From Mobula hypostoma (taxonomy: Eukaryota): a stretch of DNA of 64,000 nt. The first letter of the stretch is position 1. Each line of letters starts with the position of its first letter. The notes under the pieces were generated by a model. It was given only the letters and a program-made list of their open reading frames with translations. It did not search any database and had not been told where the DNA came from. A program made the position numbers and the translations under genes. The stretch lies in NCBI RefSeq assembly GCF_963921235.1, contig NC_086101.1, positions 53,506,001 through 53,570,000 on the forward strand, read 5' to 3'. Shown here piece after piece: positions 51,978 through 63,495 of the stretch.

Positions 51978-52113
51978 TGCAGTCCTGATAAAAGACTTGG
52001 CCCGAACTGTCGACAGTTTACTCTTTTCCACAGATGCTGCCTGACCTGCTGAGTTCCTCCAGCATTTTGTAAGTGTTGCTTGTGATTTCCAGCATCTGCA
52101 GATTTTCTCATGT
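51978..52113 (+). mobile_element. Solo Penelope terminus with degenerate hammerhead
   Basis: agtcCTGATAAaagacttggcccGAActGTCgac...gatgctgcctgacctgctgagttcctccagcattttg. Confidence 0.85.
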
Positions 52114-52692
52114 CCCTTCATCTCTTCTCCATTGTTTACATTCCTCCCATCTGCAAAACTAGAATTTATTGAGATGAATCACTGTTGTATTTGCACATAA
52201 AGCCACTTGCATTGTATTTCAGAAACTTCACCATTGATGAATAAAGCCAGCTTTCATCATTCCAGGGCATTGTACCTGTTTTCTAACTCCACCACGGATA
52301 GTCTCAAGCCCGGCTGTGAAAGAGGGAAGACTGGACATGTTTGTGGTTATACTGCTTAGTATCTAGACAATGGGGATTACACAGGAAAATGTACCAGACG
52401 CACAGGATCACCTGTTATCATACTGAATGGAGGCTCGGTGCTGAGTGGCTTAATCATACTTTCATTTCTTATGTTGTTGCACATGTTTCAGTGGAAAATT
52501 GGAATAATTTCAGCTGAGGTCAGGAAACAGTATGAAGAAGAGCAATGTGCCAAGTTTAAGTATGTTACTTTTTGCTGGACAAAAAAAATGGTTTAACAGT
52601 GAAGGGTCTGAAAGGCCCTGTTGGAAATATGGAGCTAAGGTATGTGTGAAATTTTAAATGGAGCCGAGGAGCAGAAATTGCATAATCTAATC

Positions 52693-53053
52693 TGTCATGT
52701 CATGGTGCACTCACGAAGGACTGAACCCAGGAGCGGAAGAACAGAAGGATCCCCAGGAAGAGATGGAACCAAGAGGTTAAAGGTTGGAATCAGAGCCTCA
52801 GAGGAGTGACTAAGTGACACCACAAGATAATTCATCCTTCCCAACACTATAACCCCACTCAGGCACCGACTGAGAGTCCTCTTTAAATAGTCATAGAATC
52901 CAGGAAGCTCATGCCAGGCACAGTTAACTTGACGAGATCAAACCAAAACTACAAGGATTTATCAACTCTAGTTAAAGCACTGATCAGCAAATACAGGTGC
53001 ACAAAAAGTCGCAGAAGCTCAACGTTCTATGGCAAGTCACAGGTTTCGTGGCA
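52693..53053. mobile_element. Solo LTR, 361 bp
   Basis: TGTCATG...CGTGGCA ends; perfect 5-bp TSD TAATC (52688-52692, 53054-53058). Confidence 0.85.
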
Positions 53054-53299
53054 TAATCAAATGTTAGAGAATGCAAAAGAACTGATTTTCATCATTTCCT
53101 TGAGTATGGGACTAAGGAGTCACACGTTACAGATCAAAACTAAGGGAATTTGTTTATTCACAGAAAAAGAACATTCTCAACATTGTTCATTATCCTTGCT
53201 GGGATGTCCCAAGGGGCAATTTAGCACTGCGGTAGGTCTGGTGTTATAACTTTTTACCCTGTCAGGTGGAACAAAGTGACCTGAGAACATTGATCCATA

Positions 53300-54180
53300 A
53301 TTCCTTGGAAGTGGCATCAAAGGCACTGTAGAAAGGGTCATAAAGAAAGCTTTTGGCATGCTGGCCTTCAAAAATCGGACTAGTGAGTTCAGGAGCTGGG
53401 ATGTGATGTTGATGTTGTATAAGACGTTGGTGAGGCCAAACTTGGAGTACTGTGTGCAGTTTTGGTCGCCTACCTACAGGAAAGATATCGATAAGATTAC
53501 TAGAGTAGTGAAAATTTACAAGGTGTTTCTGGGACTTGAGGACCTGAATGATAGGGAAGGCTGAATAGGATAGGACTTTGTTCCCTGGAGCATAGGAGAA
53601 TGAGGGGAGATTTCACTGAGATGTACAAAATTCTGAGGGGTTTAGATTGTGTAAATACAAGCAAGCTTTTTCCACTGAGATTGGGTGTAACTAGAACTAG
53701 AAGTCTTCAGTTAAGGGGCAAGCAAAAGGGGCCTCAACTTGCCCTTCTGTTCCTTTCCAATATCCTTTGGCTGCATTCTGGTTTGGATGGCTATCAATGA
53801 GCAATGGCCTTGAGCATATTCAGTTACTCTGCTTCTGCAGCTCCTTGGGGTGGAGAATTCCAATGATCCATGGTGTTCAGAGAGAAGAAACTCCTCTTCT
53901 GTCTTAAGTGGCCTGCACCTCATTTTCAAATGATGCCTCCAAAGGGAAAGATCCTTGGGGTATGCACCTCATTTACCTACTCAAAATCTTGTATGTTTTA
54001 ATACGCTCATCTCCCATTCTTCTAATCTCCATTGAATATCGGTTTAACTTGTTGAACGTTTGTTCAATCCTATCATCTCCGCGTTCAATCTACTTGACAC
54101 TACTTCCAGTGCAAATTTACCATACTTTAAATATGAAAAGCAAAACTTTGTCCCAGATGTGTGCTCACCAGCATCCTGGG
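53300..54180. mobile_element. CR1 3' fragments (plus strand to about 53720, then minus)
   Basis: LYKTLVRPNLEYCVQFWSPTYRKDI; MRGDFTEMYKILRG; antisense CR1 pieces follow. Confidence 0.8.
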
Positions 54181-54262
54181 GTATAATATTACAGATAGGT
54201 ATAGCTATAGTTTTGCATCATGTATTCATAAACAGGGATAAAATTTGAAGTTCCATATTTGA

Positions 54263-54265
54263 TTC

Positions 54266-54311
<46 letters not shown>

Positions 54312-54331
54312 CCTCCCTCCCTCCCTCCCTC
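54263..54331 (+). repeat. (CT)n/(CCCT)n microsatellite
   Basis: Directly visible. Confidence 0.97.
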
Positions 54332-55145
54332 CTGTTATGCCGCTGGCATAGTCATAGTCATACTTTATCGATCCTGGGGGAAATTGGTTTTCATTACAGT
54401 TGCACCATAAATAATTAAATAGTAATAAAACCATAAATAGTAATATGCAAATTATGCCAAGAAATAAGTCCAGGACCAGCCTATTGGCTCAGGGTGTCTG
54501 ACCCTCCAAGGGAGGAGTTGTAAAGTTTGATGGCCACAGGCAGGAATGACTTCCTATGACGCTCTGTGTTGCATCTCGGTGGAATGAGTCTCTGGCTGAA
54601 TGTACTCCTGTGTCCAACCACTCCATTATGTAGTGGATGGGAGACATTGACCAAGATGGCATGCGACTTGGACAGCATCCTCTTTTCAGACACCACCGTG
54701 AGAGAGTCCAGTTCCATCCCCACAACATCACTGGCCTTATGAATGAGTTTGTTGATTCTGTTGGTGTCTGCTACCCTTAGGTAGGCACCTTTAGGGCAGC
54801 AATAAAGGACCTTCATCTCTGGCTGTTTTCAGGGCTAACATTATCTTGTCAGTAGCTTGTTTTTTATTAGTATCAGTCATGCAAGTTCCGGGTGGAGAAT
54901 CAGGAATACCATCATGCTCAGATGTAGACGGAATTTTTATTGCTGTTTCCCCAACAAATTTAATTTATCGTTCGATTTTGTTAGCCCTGAGCTGAACCTC
55001 CAAACCTGGATGGCCGGTGAACAACTCATATACTGGCCTCTGCCCTTTGACCTGTTTGGTATGGGTGACCCTACCAAGAGGCAAAGTATAATGCCCTGAC
55101 TCCAGCTAATATAGTTCTCCGGGCACACAAGCCTCCAAGTCACAG
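54332..55145 (-). mobile_element. Bipartite RTE-derived element, split by the Rex1 insert
   Basis: Homologous to 27185-27580; tail ttatgccgctggca|...|tttagggcagcaat rejoins. Confidence 0.6.
54347..54777 (-). mobile_element. Young Rex1/Babar-type 3' fragment
   Basis: ORF 54481..54816; (TATGAC)n tail; near-identical to 18120-18570. Confidence 0.9.
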
Positions 55146-57046
55146 TAAGCTAGAGGCCACCTGTGTTTATTCTTCTTTGTCCAGGTCCATCCGATGAAGT
55201 CATGGGTCCTCTGGGTGGGCTCCACGCATTATTTTACTTGGTGAATGATGATAGCAGGATACACTGTTAGAAAGGCTTCCATGGTCATGATGTGGATATT
55301 TTTGTCGGAAGCCCGGTGTAACTGTTGTCTTAAATTCAGCAATTTATACGGAACAATGGTAATCCTGATCATAGAGTGTCATGGCCAACCCCCAACCACC
55401 CCCTAAAAAAGCTGCCTGTTATCCAAATATGCTTCTTGCACTTGAGATGACAGTGGTTTGGAAAAGATATTACCCTAAGGAGATAGGGCAAATGTCTTTT
55501 GAATCCTGTTTCCAATTAACAAGAATAACTGTCGTTCTCCTTGGCTTTGTCCAGGCGGAGGTGTTACTGATGAAACCCAGAAATACTCATCCGTCACTGC
55601 TGCATTTATACTTATTCCCACTTGGCGACTGCTAAGCAGGTGGTAGCATTTATCATTCTGTCCAGCACCAGACCTGAATATATTTGTGTAATGATTTGAC
55701 TTTCATTCGATAATTCATGTGAATGTTTCACTTGTGATATATGTATAATCCTGATTTGCATGCAATGCACTGATATTAGAGTCCAAGCTTTACCTGAATA
55801 TCAGTATTTTAGTACATTTCCAGCATTTCATCATTCCATATTTTTGCAATACCGGTTTTATAGGCTGTAACAAAACATATTTTCATTATTCCATGTAACC
55901 TCCTGACTGGCAGAAGAAAATCTTTAATTTAAAATGTTGGAGTTCTCTTTCACCTCTTTCCTTTTCTTTTTCACTTTCTACCAATGGTTGTTTTCATCAG
56001 ACCAGATTAGACATTCCTGCTGAATGATCTATCACTTTGCAACAAATGCTCCAAAGAGCAGACATTCCCTACTGTAAAAGGAGCAAATGGAGCAATTATT
56101 GCCCCCAAACTGGGCTGCCTTGTGATTTGATTTATGAGTAAATTGTGCTGTCCTTCCTGGGTCAAATTACATCAATGGTGAAATTTGACAGGACGTCTCT
56201 CTTGGTGGGTCATACCTACAGCAGCTATGAGAATTTATGTTGTTCTTGCTATAATCTTCCAGAATATTACAAGGGAATTTGGATGTTTTCCTGAGAATAT
56301 TCATTCCATGGCTTTTCCATGTCTTAATATTAGACCCCTCCATTCAGTCCCTGTCCTAATCCACCGTGCCCCCCACCCCCACACTAGTCTGTTGCTCCCT
56401 TCCTCGATGTGCAGCTGGTCTCCTAAGGTCATCCTCCTGTCACCAGATGTTCCAATCACCATTCAGCTGCCTATATGATGTGTTGTTTGCCAATCTCCCC
56501 TGTAGGATTTCGTGAATAAGACATGCGAGAGTCGTTTAATGTGTTTAACAAAAGCCACATCACTTTACTTCCATTATGAACGAACCCAAAGCAGTCACCT
56601 TACACTGATGTCATTACATCACTGTCTCTTAAAGTAAACAGAATAATTCAATGACAGTGTTTGTGAAATACGTAGAACTGTATCAATTAGGAACAATATG
56701 TGTCTTCTGTCACCCATTACATTACCCTACAGAGGCCCCTCTCCCCAGAACTCACCAAAACCGGCATTGTCTGTCTGTCTGGAGTCCATATAAGCCGTCT
56801 GTCCTGGGTCCTATGTGCCTTGTGTGGGATAACAGCCGGCACCTCTGGCTCGTCCAGCCGCGTGCTGACATGCCCATGGTCATGTTGTGATGCAGGGACT
56901 ATGGAACCAACCAGGGTTTGGTGGGCTGGTTTAATGCATTCAGCTTTACCCTTCCTACCTACAATAAAAGTGTTTTCACCCTTTTCCAAAATGCAGAACA
57001 GGCCATCGTAAGTGGGTTTAGTGGGGTGTCAATGTGCATCATAGTT

Positions 57047-57908
57047 GAAGAGGCTGAGCAAAGTCAAGATGGCGCTAAATGGCGAGTCCTTTGCTTGCAT
57101 CTTTGGAAACAGCTCTATTTCCATCTTTGATAGCTCTTTTTTTATTTTCCTTTTCAGGTTGTGGGGGTTCTTTTGAAGACCCTGACCTGGAGATACACTC
57201 TGACTTTGGTTCTTCGTGGGCCTCATGACCAGCTGTTTTTTGATATCCCGAGGACGCGGCCTGGAAGGTGAGTGCGCCTTCAGGGTTCCGGAGTTTCGTG
57301 GCTCTGGGGACATGCTGATTCTAGGCCGGTGCCCCTGACTGAAGCGTCACAGGAGAACATGGAACATCGGGAGCAGCCCATTAGCTGCCGGGGGTTGTGA
57401 GTCCAGAGAGCTGCGCCTTTTCGGTGCCGACTCTCCCGGCACAGAGCTCAGAAAAAGCGATGCAATGGACTTTTAATCCTGTAAATCAGCGATTTGTTTG
57501 TTATTTCTCCCCTCTCGCTATGAATTGGGGACATTTTTTTTCCCTTATTAGGGAGAGAGAGAGAGCCTGTGGTATGTCAAATTATTGGGTGAATGAGTAG
57601 TCTTTGGGGTGCTGCAAGTCTGTGTCTTTATTGATGCTTTGTTGCACACTTGAGTGCTCGGTGGAGGGTGCTGATGCTTTTTTGCTGGTGGGAGTGGGGG
57701 TGGGGATGGAGTCATTGCCTGGCTGCTGCTTGAGTGTGGGTTGGGCAGTTGGGGGGTGGGCGGCCTTTGGGGTTCTAATGTTTTAACTGTCCCTCATTCT
57801 TTGGGGCACATCTCTGTTTTCGTGTATGTCTGTGAAGGAAAAGAATTTCAAGATGTATATTGTATACGTTTCTCTGACAATAAATGTACCTATAGAAATG
57901 TATTGAAA
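57047..57908 (+). mobile_element. Non-coding retroposon family A, copy 2
   Basis: Head GTCAAGATGGCGCT; Rex1-type tail gaatttcaagatgtatattgtatacgtttctctgacaataaatgtacc. Confidence 0.85.
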
Positions 57909-57974
57909 AGTGAATGAGATAGAATGTAACAGTCTGGAACCCAAGAGTGTCAAGTACCATGATGGAAGGTTGGA

Positions 57975-58797
57975 ATGATGGCGGTAAAATTGCAGCACGT
58001 TGGAATGCAGCGTCCTCTTGGGGTCCAGCCAAAGAGGCACTCTTCTTTTTAAAAGGTGTTTTTTTATGATTGTAAAACTATACTGTAGTCCAAGAACAAA
58101 ATGTACAGCAGGTTTACCATATCAGCGATCTGTTTGTTGTTCAGAGCTGGTGCTCGTCCAGGAAGAGGAGAAGCCGGCACTCAGCCAGGAGTAGGAGAAA
58201 TTGTTGGTTGGCCGGGAGAAGGTTCTGAGAAGCTGACCTAGGTGCAGACCGTGCTGCTGCCTGCTACTTAAGGACATTGGACTTGATGTGCGAAAGCAGC
58301 ATGCAGTGTAACCGTGAGTTACTGTCTTGGACGTTTCTCTTGCGATCAAAAGATCCTGTTGGACATTGATAATGTGAGATGCCGGGGGTCTGTTTCCCTT
58401 GTTTGGTGGTGAAACAGGCGACGAGGCAGCAGTGTGGCCTCAGTTGTAGCAAGGACTAGGCCTCAAGCAGGCCTGCCTGTTGCAGTCCAGGTGAGATGAC
58501 ACTGGAGGTGGTGTAGTGTGCGTGGTGCCTGTACTCGGTTGGGACCTGGCCTCTCCCATCAGTGCTTCCTTCCAGTGTTTGACAGGCAGAAGCACAGGCT
58601 GGATTGCCCGGAACTGTACTATCAATTAGCATGTCATTCAGAGTTGGACTATACATGTGTTTTCTTGAGTAATGATGTGTGTGTGTTTTTTTTCTCACTC
58701 TCTATTTTGAATGTATATTATGCACCATGGCCTCAGAGGAACACTATCTCATTCGACATATGGTCTGAATGGTAACTAAACTTGATCTGATTTGAAT
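57975..58797 (+). mobile_element. Non-coding retroposon family B, copy 2
   Basis: Head ATGATGGCGG; collinear with 21764-22667; tail aactaaacttgatctgatttga. Confidence 0.85.
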
Positions 58798-61300
58798 AGG
58801 TGTGAAAGAATTGAGTTTGCTAAGGTGGGCAGAATGCTGCTGAGACGCCAACCAGGCAGTCGTGGCACCAGGAATACAATCGCCCAGCACCCGTAGCTGC
58901 CTTCCATACATCAATACAGATGCAGAGGACTACTCCATTGGAGCTGTCCTGGGCCCCAGCAGGACCCAAGGGAGATGATCGTGCTAACACTCGTCCAGCA
59001 GGGAAGCACTCAGGCAGCCTTTAAGGAACAATGAAACCAATTGCACAGGCCATTGGACTGTGGTTGGTATGCCATGGCATGGTGCAGTTTAACTCTGAGG
59101 TCCTGGGACATTGTGGGCCAGCGTTCTGACTTGAATTGGGGACAGTGGTTGGAAGAAATATCGGGTGGGGAGCAGAACCGAGTGACCCAGGTGTTGATGA
59201 ACACCCAAGCCATGTCTGCAGCCGTCGTTGATGTGAGAGAGACAACCTCTGGCCACCCAGTGTTACAGTCCACCATGGTAAGGAGGTGCGTAACACCACG
59301 GGTGGGGAGGACCAGTCAGGTCCACATTCATGCGGTCACTCAGGAACCTCAAACGGTGCCGATGGTACAGCGAACGTGACAGTTAATTTTCACCTGCTGA
59401 CACACAACGCAGGCTGCACTACAGTCTCGCATCTCCTTCCTAAGGATGTGCCACATTAACTTTAAAGCAATCAGTTTCTGTGAAGCCTTCCCACCTCTAT
59501 TCGAGAGGCTGTGAATGGAGGTAAAAACAGTACACCTCCAGTTTGCAGGCACTGTAGGAGCGAGGGCAACCGGTTGGACATCACTCAGGAGAGAATCTCC
59601 TTCATTCCTGAACTTGACGTCAGCCAACTGCAGGCCCATGACTGGTGTTGTGCAAGTCTGGACTCTGGGTGGGAGCTTGGTCAGCTGCCATGTTGGCATA
59701 ATCAACCCTGACGTGTATGGCATCAATGGCAGACCATAAAAGGCAATCATCCTCCACATTACCTTTCCCTTTGATGTGCTGCATGTCAGTCGTAAATCCC
59801 TAATGTAGGCCAGGTGGCGTAGCTTCCGTCCTAACCAAGGTGCCGAACATAAACAAGGACGTAATTCAAAATGCTAAGCTGAATGGGATGAGTTGTTGCT
59901 GATTGACATTTAAAGGCAAAAGAAAGACTTGCAATAGTAAAGGATCTTCTGCAACCACTGGACATCCTGACTAAGCATTGGTTTTGTATATGCTTCTAAA
60001 ATTAATTTCGAAATTTAAATTTAATTAAAATGCACACTGATAGGAGTCGGCGAAACACCTCAACATTATTTGTGTAAAAAAAACACAGCCAACGAGTGCA
60101 GAACAGGATCCTACAAACAGTAATGATGATGAGTAATTCTCCTCATTCTCATTGTGACTTATGGGTGGGGTTTGTGTACTGTGGGGTGGAGGAATGTCGG
60201 TCCTGACATAGTGTGGGCAATATCATCTTGATTTTAAATCACTGAATTTATTACTGGGTTGGGAGTCTCGATACATCATGAACTGATCCAAGGGAAAGCA
60301 ATAAGATCCTTGAAGTTTGTACAAGAGTTTCAACATTCACGTTGGAGCACATCCAGTTACTGGTAATACTGACAAAGGAAAGCAAAGAATACTCATTACA
60401 GCCTGTTTTGGAATTAATTTCCTGATTAAAATGATTTGTGCAAATACAAGCATTATTATGCTAATTAAATCCAAGTACATTGACACAGGAAACCAATAGC
60501 AGCCAAGGCCAAGTATAAGTGGATTTCAGTGGATTTGGACCCCGAGCAATAATTCATTTTAAAGAAACCAAATACAATTTTGCACCACGTTTCAGGTCCC
60601 CAAAGACTTCTCAACCTTTTGATATCCCTGAAGTATAGTACAGAGAAGCCAAGCACTGAGCCTTATGACACAAAGACAATTTCTCACATTATGTGGCTGT
60701 TAACACTACTCATTATTGAGTGCTTTGTAATGATGCATGCTTGTCTTCAATTCATCAGCTCTGGGCTGCTGGCTCACCCATGCTGTTTCATGCTGGTGCA
60801 TTATGATCGCAGTTGGAGATAGCAATCCTTGTGCAGCAGCCCAGGCACGAATGAACTAGGCAACGTTTCCTCCTAAGAAGCAGTGCATGACCCAACTAAT
60901 GATTGTTAAATTTCAGGCAGCTGCCAGCACTTACTCACACAGCAAACACATCAAGCCTCCAGCCGTTAAAGGTACCCCAGCTCAAAGCCACAACGATGCT
61001 TCCTGTGGTCTGACCGGTCTTAGCCTCAGACTGCGAGGCAGCAGAGGGGAGGGAGTGTGTCTCCCCTGCTTTTAGATGGGTTTACTTGTGGGTATGGTCC
61101 ACAGAAGAAGGGGGTCTAGCAAACTACGCTGGCAGGAGATTGCAGAAGTTAGTGCGATATGTGAAGCACTCTGCAATATGGAGGAATGGTAAAGTATGAC
61201 CTCACAAGTTGGATTCAACTGAGAAGCATAACATTTTGAATTACTCTTCAATGCACTGGCTGTCGGAGAATAACACATGACCATGCATACAGCACAGGAA

Positions 61301-61301
61301 T

Positions 61302-61332
<31 letters not shown>

Positions 61333-61575
61333 CTCTCTCTCTCCAATGTGTCAACTCTACTACACACAGATACAGTACATAAGGGTCATCACAAAGAAGG
61401 CATGGCAGGGCCTCTACTCTCCAAGAAGTTTGCATAGATTCAGCACATTACTAAAACATTTGACAAACTTCTGTAGATGCACAGTGGTAGATATCCTAAC
61501 TGGTTGCTTCATGGTCTGGTATGGAAACACCAATGCCCAGAAACAGAAGGGTGATGGATATGGCCCTGTTTTCCA
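61301..61575 (+). mobile_element. (CA)n/(CT)n microsatellite followed by a Rex1 fragment
   Basis: ITKKAWQGLYSPRSLHRF...NFCRCTVVDILTGCFMVWYGN. Confidence 0.8.
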
Positions 61576-62399
61576 TGCCAGCAAATTCATTTGCACTGAT
61601 ATTTTCACGTTATGTTCTTGAAGACAAAAGAAGGAAAATGTCTTACCGTTATCGTTTAAGCAGAGAAATTTGCATGGAAGCAGCTTGTGACATTGATAAC
61701 AATTTATCACTGCAAGATGCAACTGCCCTCTAAAATTTTCCAATTAAAATCTTGTTTTTTTGTCTTTTGGTAATTGAATAAGCAAGATGATTTCTCTGCT
61801 CCATTATTACTGGCTGTATCATAAACACATTCTTGTGCACGCATTTCAAATTTTACAGTAAATTATGAACAAGGCATATCATCTTCCCAGAAGGGCAATT
61901 AACCAAGAAATCTACAATGCAACGTACAAAAATCGCAACTTTAGCATTCTTTATGGTGTGGCTAGATCTGAATTTGTCACTATATTGCAGAACATTGATG
62001 CTTTATGGTTTATGGATTATCCAGGAATATGTTAAGTGCATTGTTCCATGTGTTTTTTTCTTCAGGTGAACACCCCATACATGCTTTGCTTCCTCTTTTC
62101 CAGTCTAAACATCATGATGGGATGTTAACTCCAATAATTTATTGTGACACTCTCAGCCAGCAGACTTAAATAGGTAGATGAAGGTACAGTCATTTAAATC
62201 AGGAGTGGAGTCAAGACAGGCTGTGCCATCCTATTTCATGGATATATTACTGGGGCTGCATGGATGGAGAGAGAAATACTTCGTTTAATTTCTGAAACCT
62301 CAAGCACAAACACTTTACATTGAAGATTGCCTCATTTCATTCTTTCCACATACCTTGTACATGTTCATGCATTTGTCTACTATGTGCTACCAATACATC

Positions 62400-62952
62400 C
62401 TTGTCCAGTACATCACATGAAAAGCCTTGCCCACTATTGAGCACATCTTCAAGGAGCGCTGTCACAAGTATGCAGCATCTATCATCAAGAACCCCCACCA
62501 TCCAGCCCATGCTCTCTTCTCACTGCTGCCATCAAGAAGAAGGTGCAGGAGTCTTAGGTCCCACAACACCAGGTTCAGGAACAGTTATTACCCCTCTACC
62601 ATCAGGCTACTGAACCAGTGTAGATAACTTCACTCGCTTCAACACTGAACTGATACCACCATATGGGCTCACCTTCAAGGACTCTACAACTCATGTCCTT
62701 GATATTATTTATCTATTTATTGATTAATTGATCTATGCTTCTATGTATTTACTTACTTATTTGTTAATTGTTATTTATTTCTTTTGGTGTTTGCACAATT
62801 TGTTTTCTTTTGCACATTTGTTGTTTGTCTTTGTAATTTTTAATTCATTCTATTGTATTTCTTTGTTCTGCTGTGATTGCCTGCAGGAAGATGAATCTCA
62901 GGGTCGTATATGGTGACATATATGTACTTTGATCATTTTACTTTGAACTTTG
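62400..62952 (+). mobile_element. Rex1/Babar 3' fragment
   Basis: AASIIKNPHHPAHALFSLLPSRRR...RFRNSYYPSTIRLLN; tail actttgaactttg. Confidence 0.92.
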
Positions 62953-63126
62953 TATGTTGTCCTATGCAATGAGATGTCCCTCCTTTGAGTCAAGCTCATC
63001 AGGGGACAGACCACACAAGTATTCTTGAGGGCCCAAAATTAATTAATGAAACAATGCTACTAATACTTTAATTTGCTCATGTGTTGTCAATTCAGAGTCA
63101 GAAGATTGTGCGTTCAAATTACGCTC

Positions 63127-63495
63127 TGTTACGGTTTGCACCTGACCGCGTTAGCCTCCGGTATTTGGACATTCTGATTCTCCGGAGTATAGATATCTGC
63201 TGTGGTCCCTTTAAAGATTCTGGCTCACTCCACTAATTGACAGTCATTTTTTGGCACCACGATTTGGATATTTAAAGAACACCTCAACTTAGGTTAGGGG
63301 CTCAATCGCCAGCTCAACTTTGGTTCAGTCTGAGATTGTGTTTAGTATATCTCTCTCTTTTGGATTTTCATCTAGTCTCGTCAGGTTCTCGTCTAGGGTC
63401 TAGTCAAGAGCCCTGTTCTCATCTCAGTCTTGAAGTCATGTCTCGGGTACTCCAGCACTGGATCCTTACCATTCTTGCCTGGGCCTCTCATCACA
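63127..63495. mobile_element. Solo LTR, 369 bp, inside a DeuSINE-like SINE head
   Basis: TGTTAC...TCACA ends; 5-bp TSD CGCTC/TGCTC (CpG decay); host gagtcagaagattgtgcgttcaaattacgctc|cagagacttaagt rejoins. Confidence 0.8.

Larger units (their letters stand above)
56501..59850 (-). mobile_element. Gypsy relic: integrase + PPT + 3' LTR (56501-56731), with two inserts
   Basis: TGTAG...CTACA LTR, minus-strand PPT ggggagaggggcctc; IHSLS...CVVCQQVK, MVDCNTGWPEVV, AYQPQSNGLCNWFHCSLKAA. Confidence 0.9.

Noticed and set aside
62055-62260. Strong splice acceptors suggesting an exon
   Set aside because: No convincing open frame or donor; adjacent sequence reads as an old RTE RT relic (SGVE/RQGC-like).
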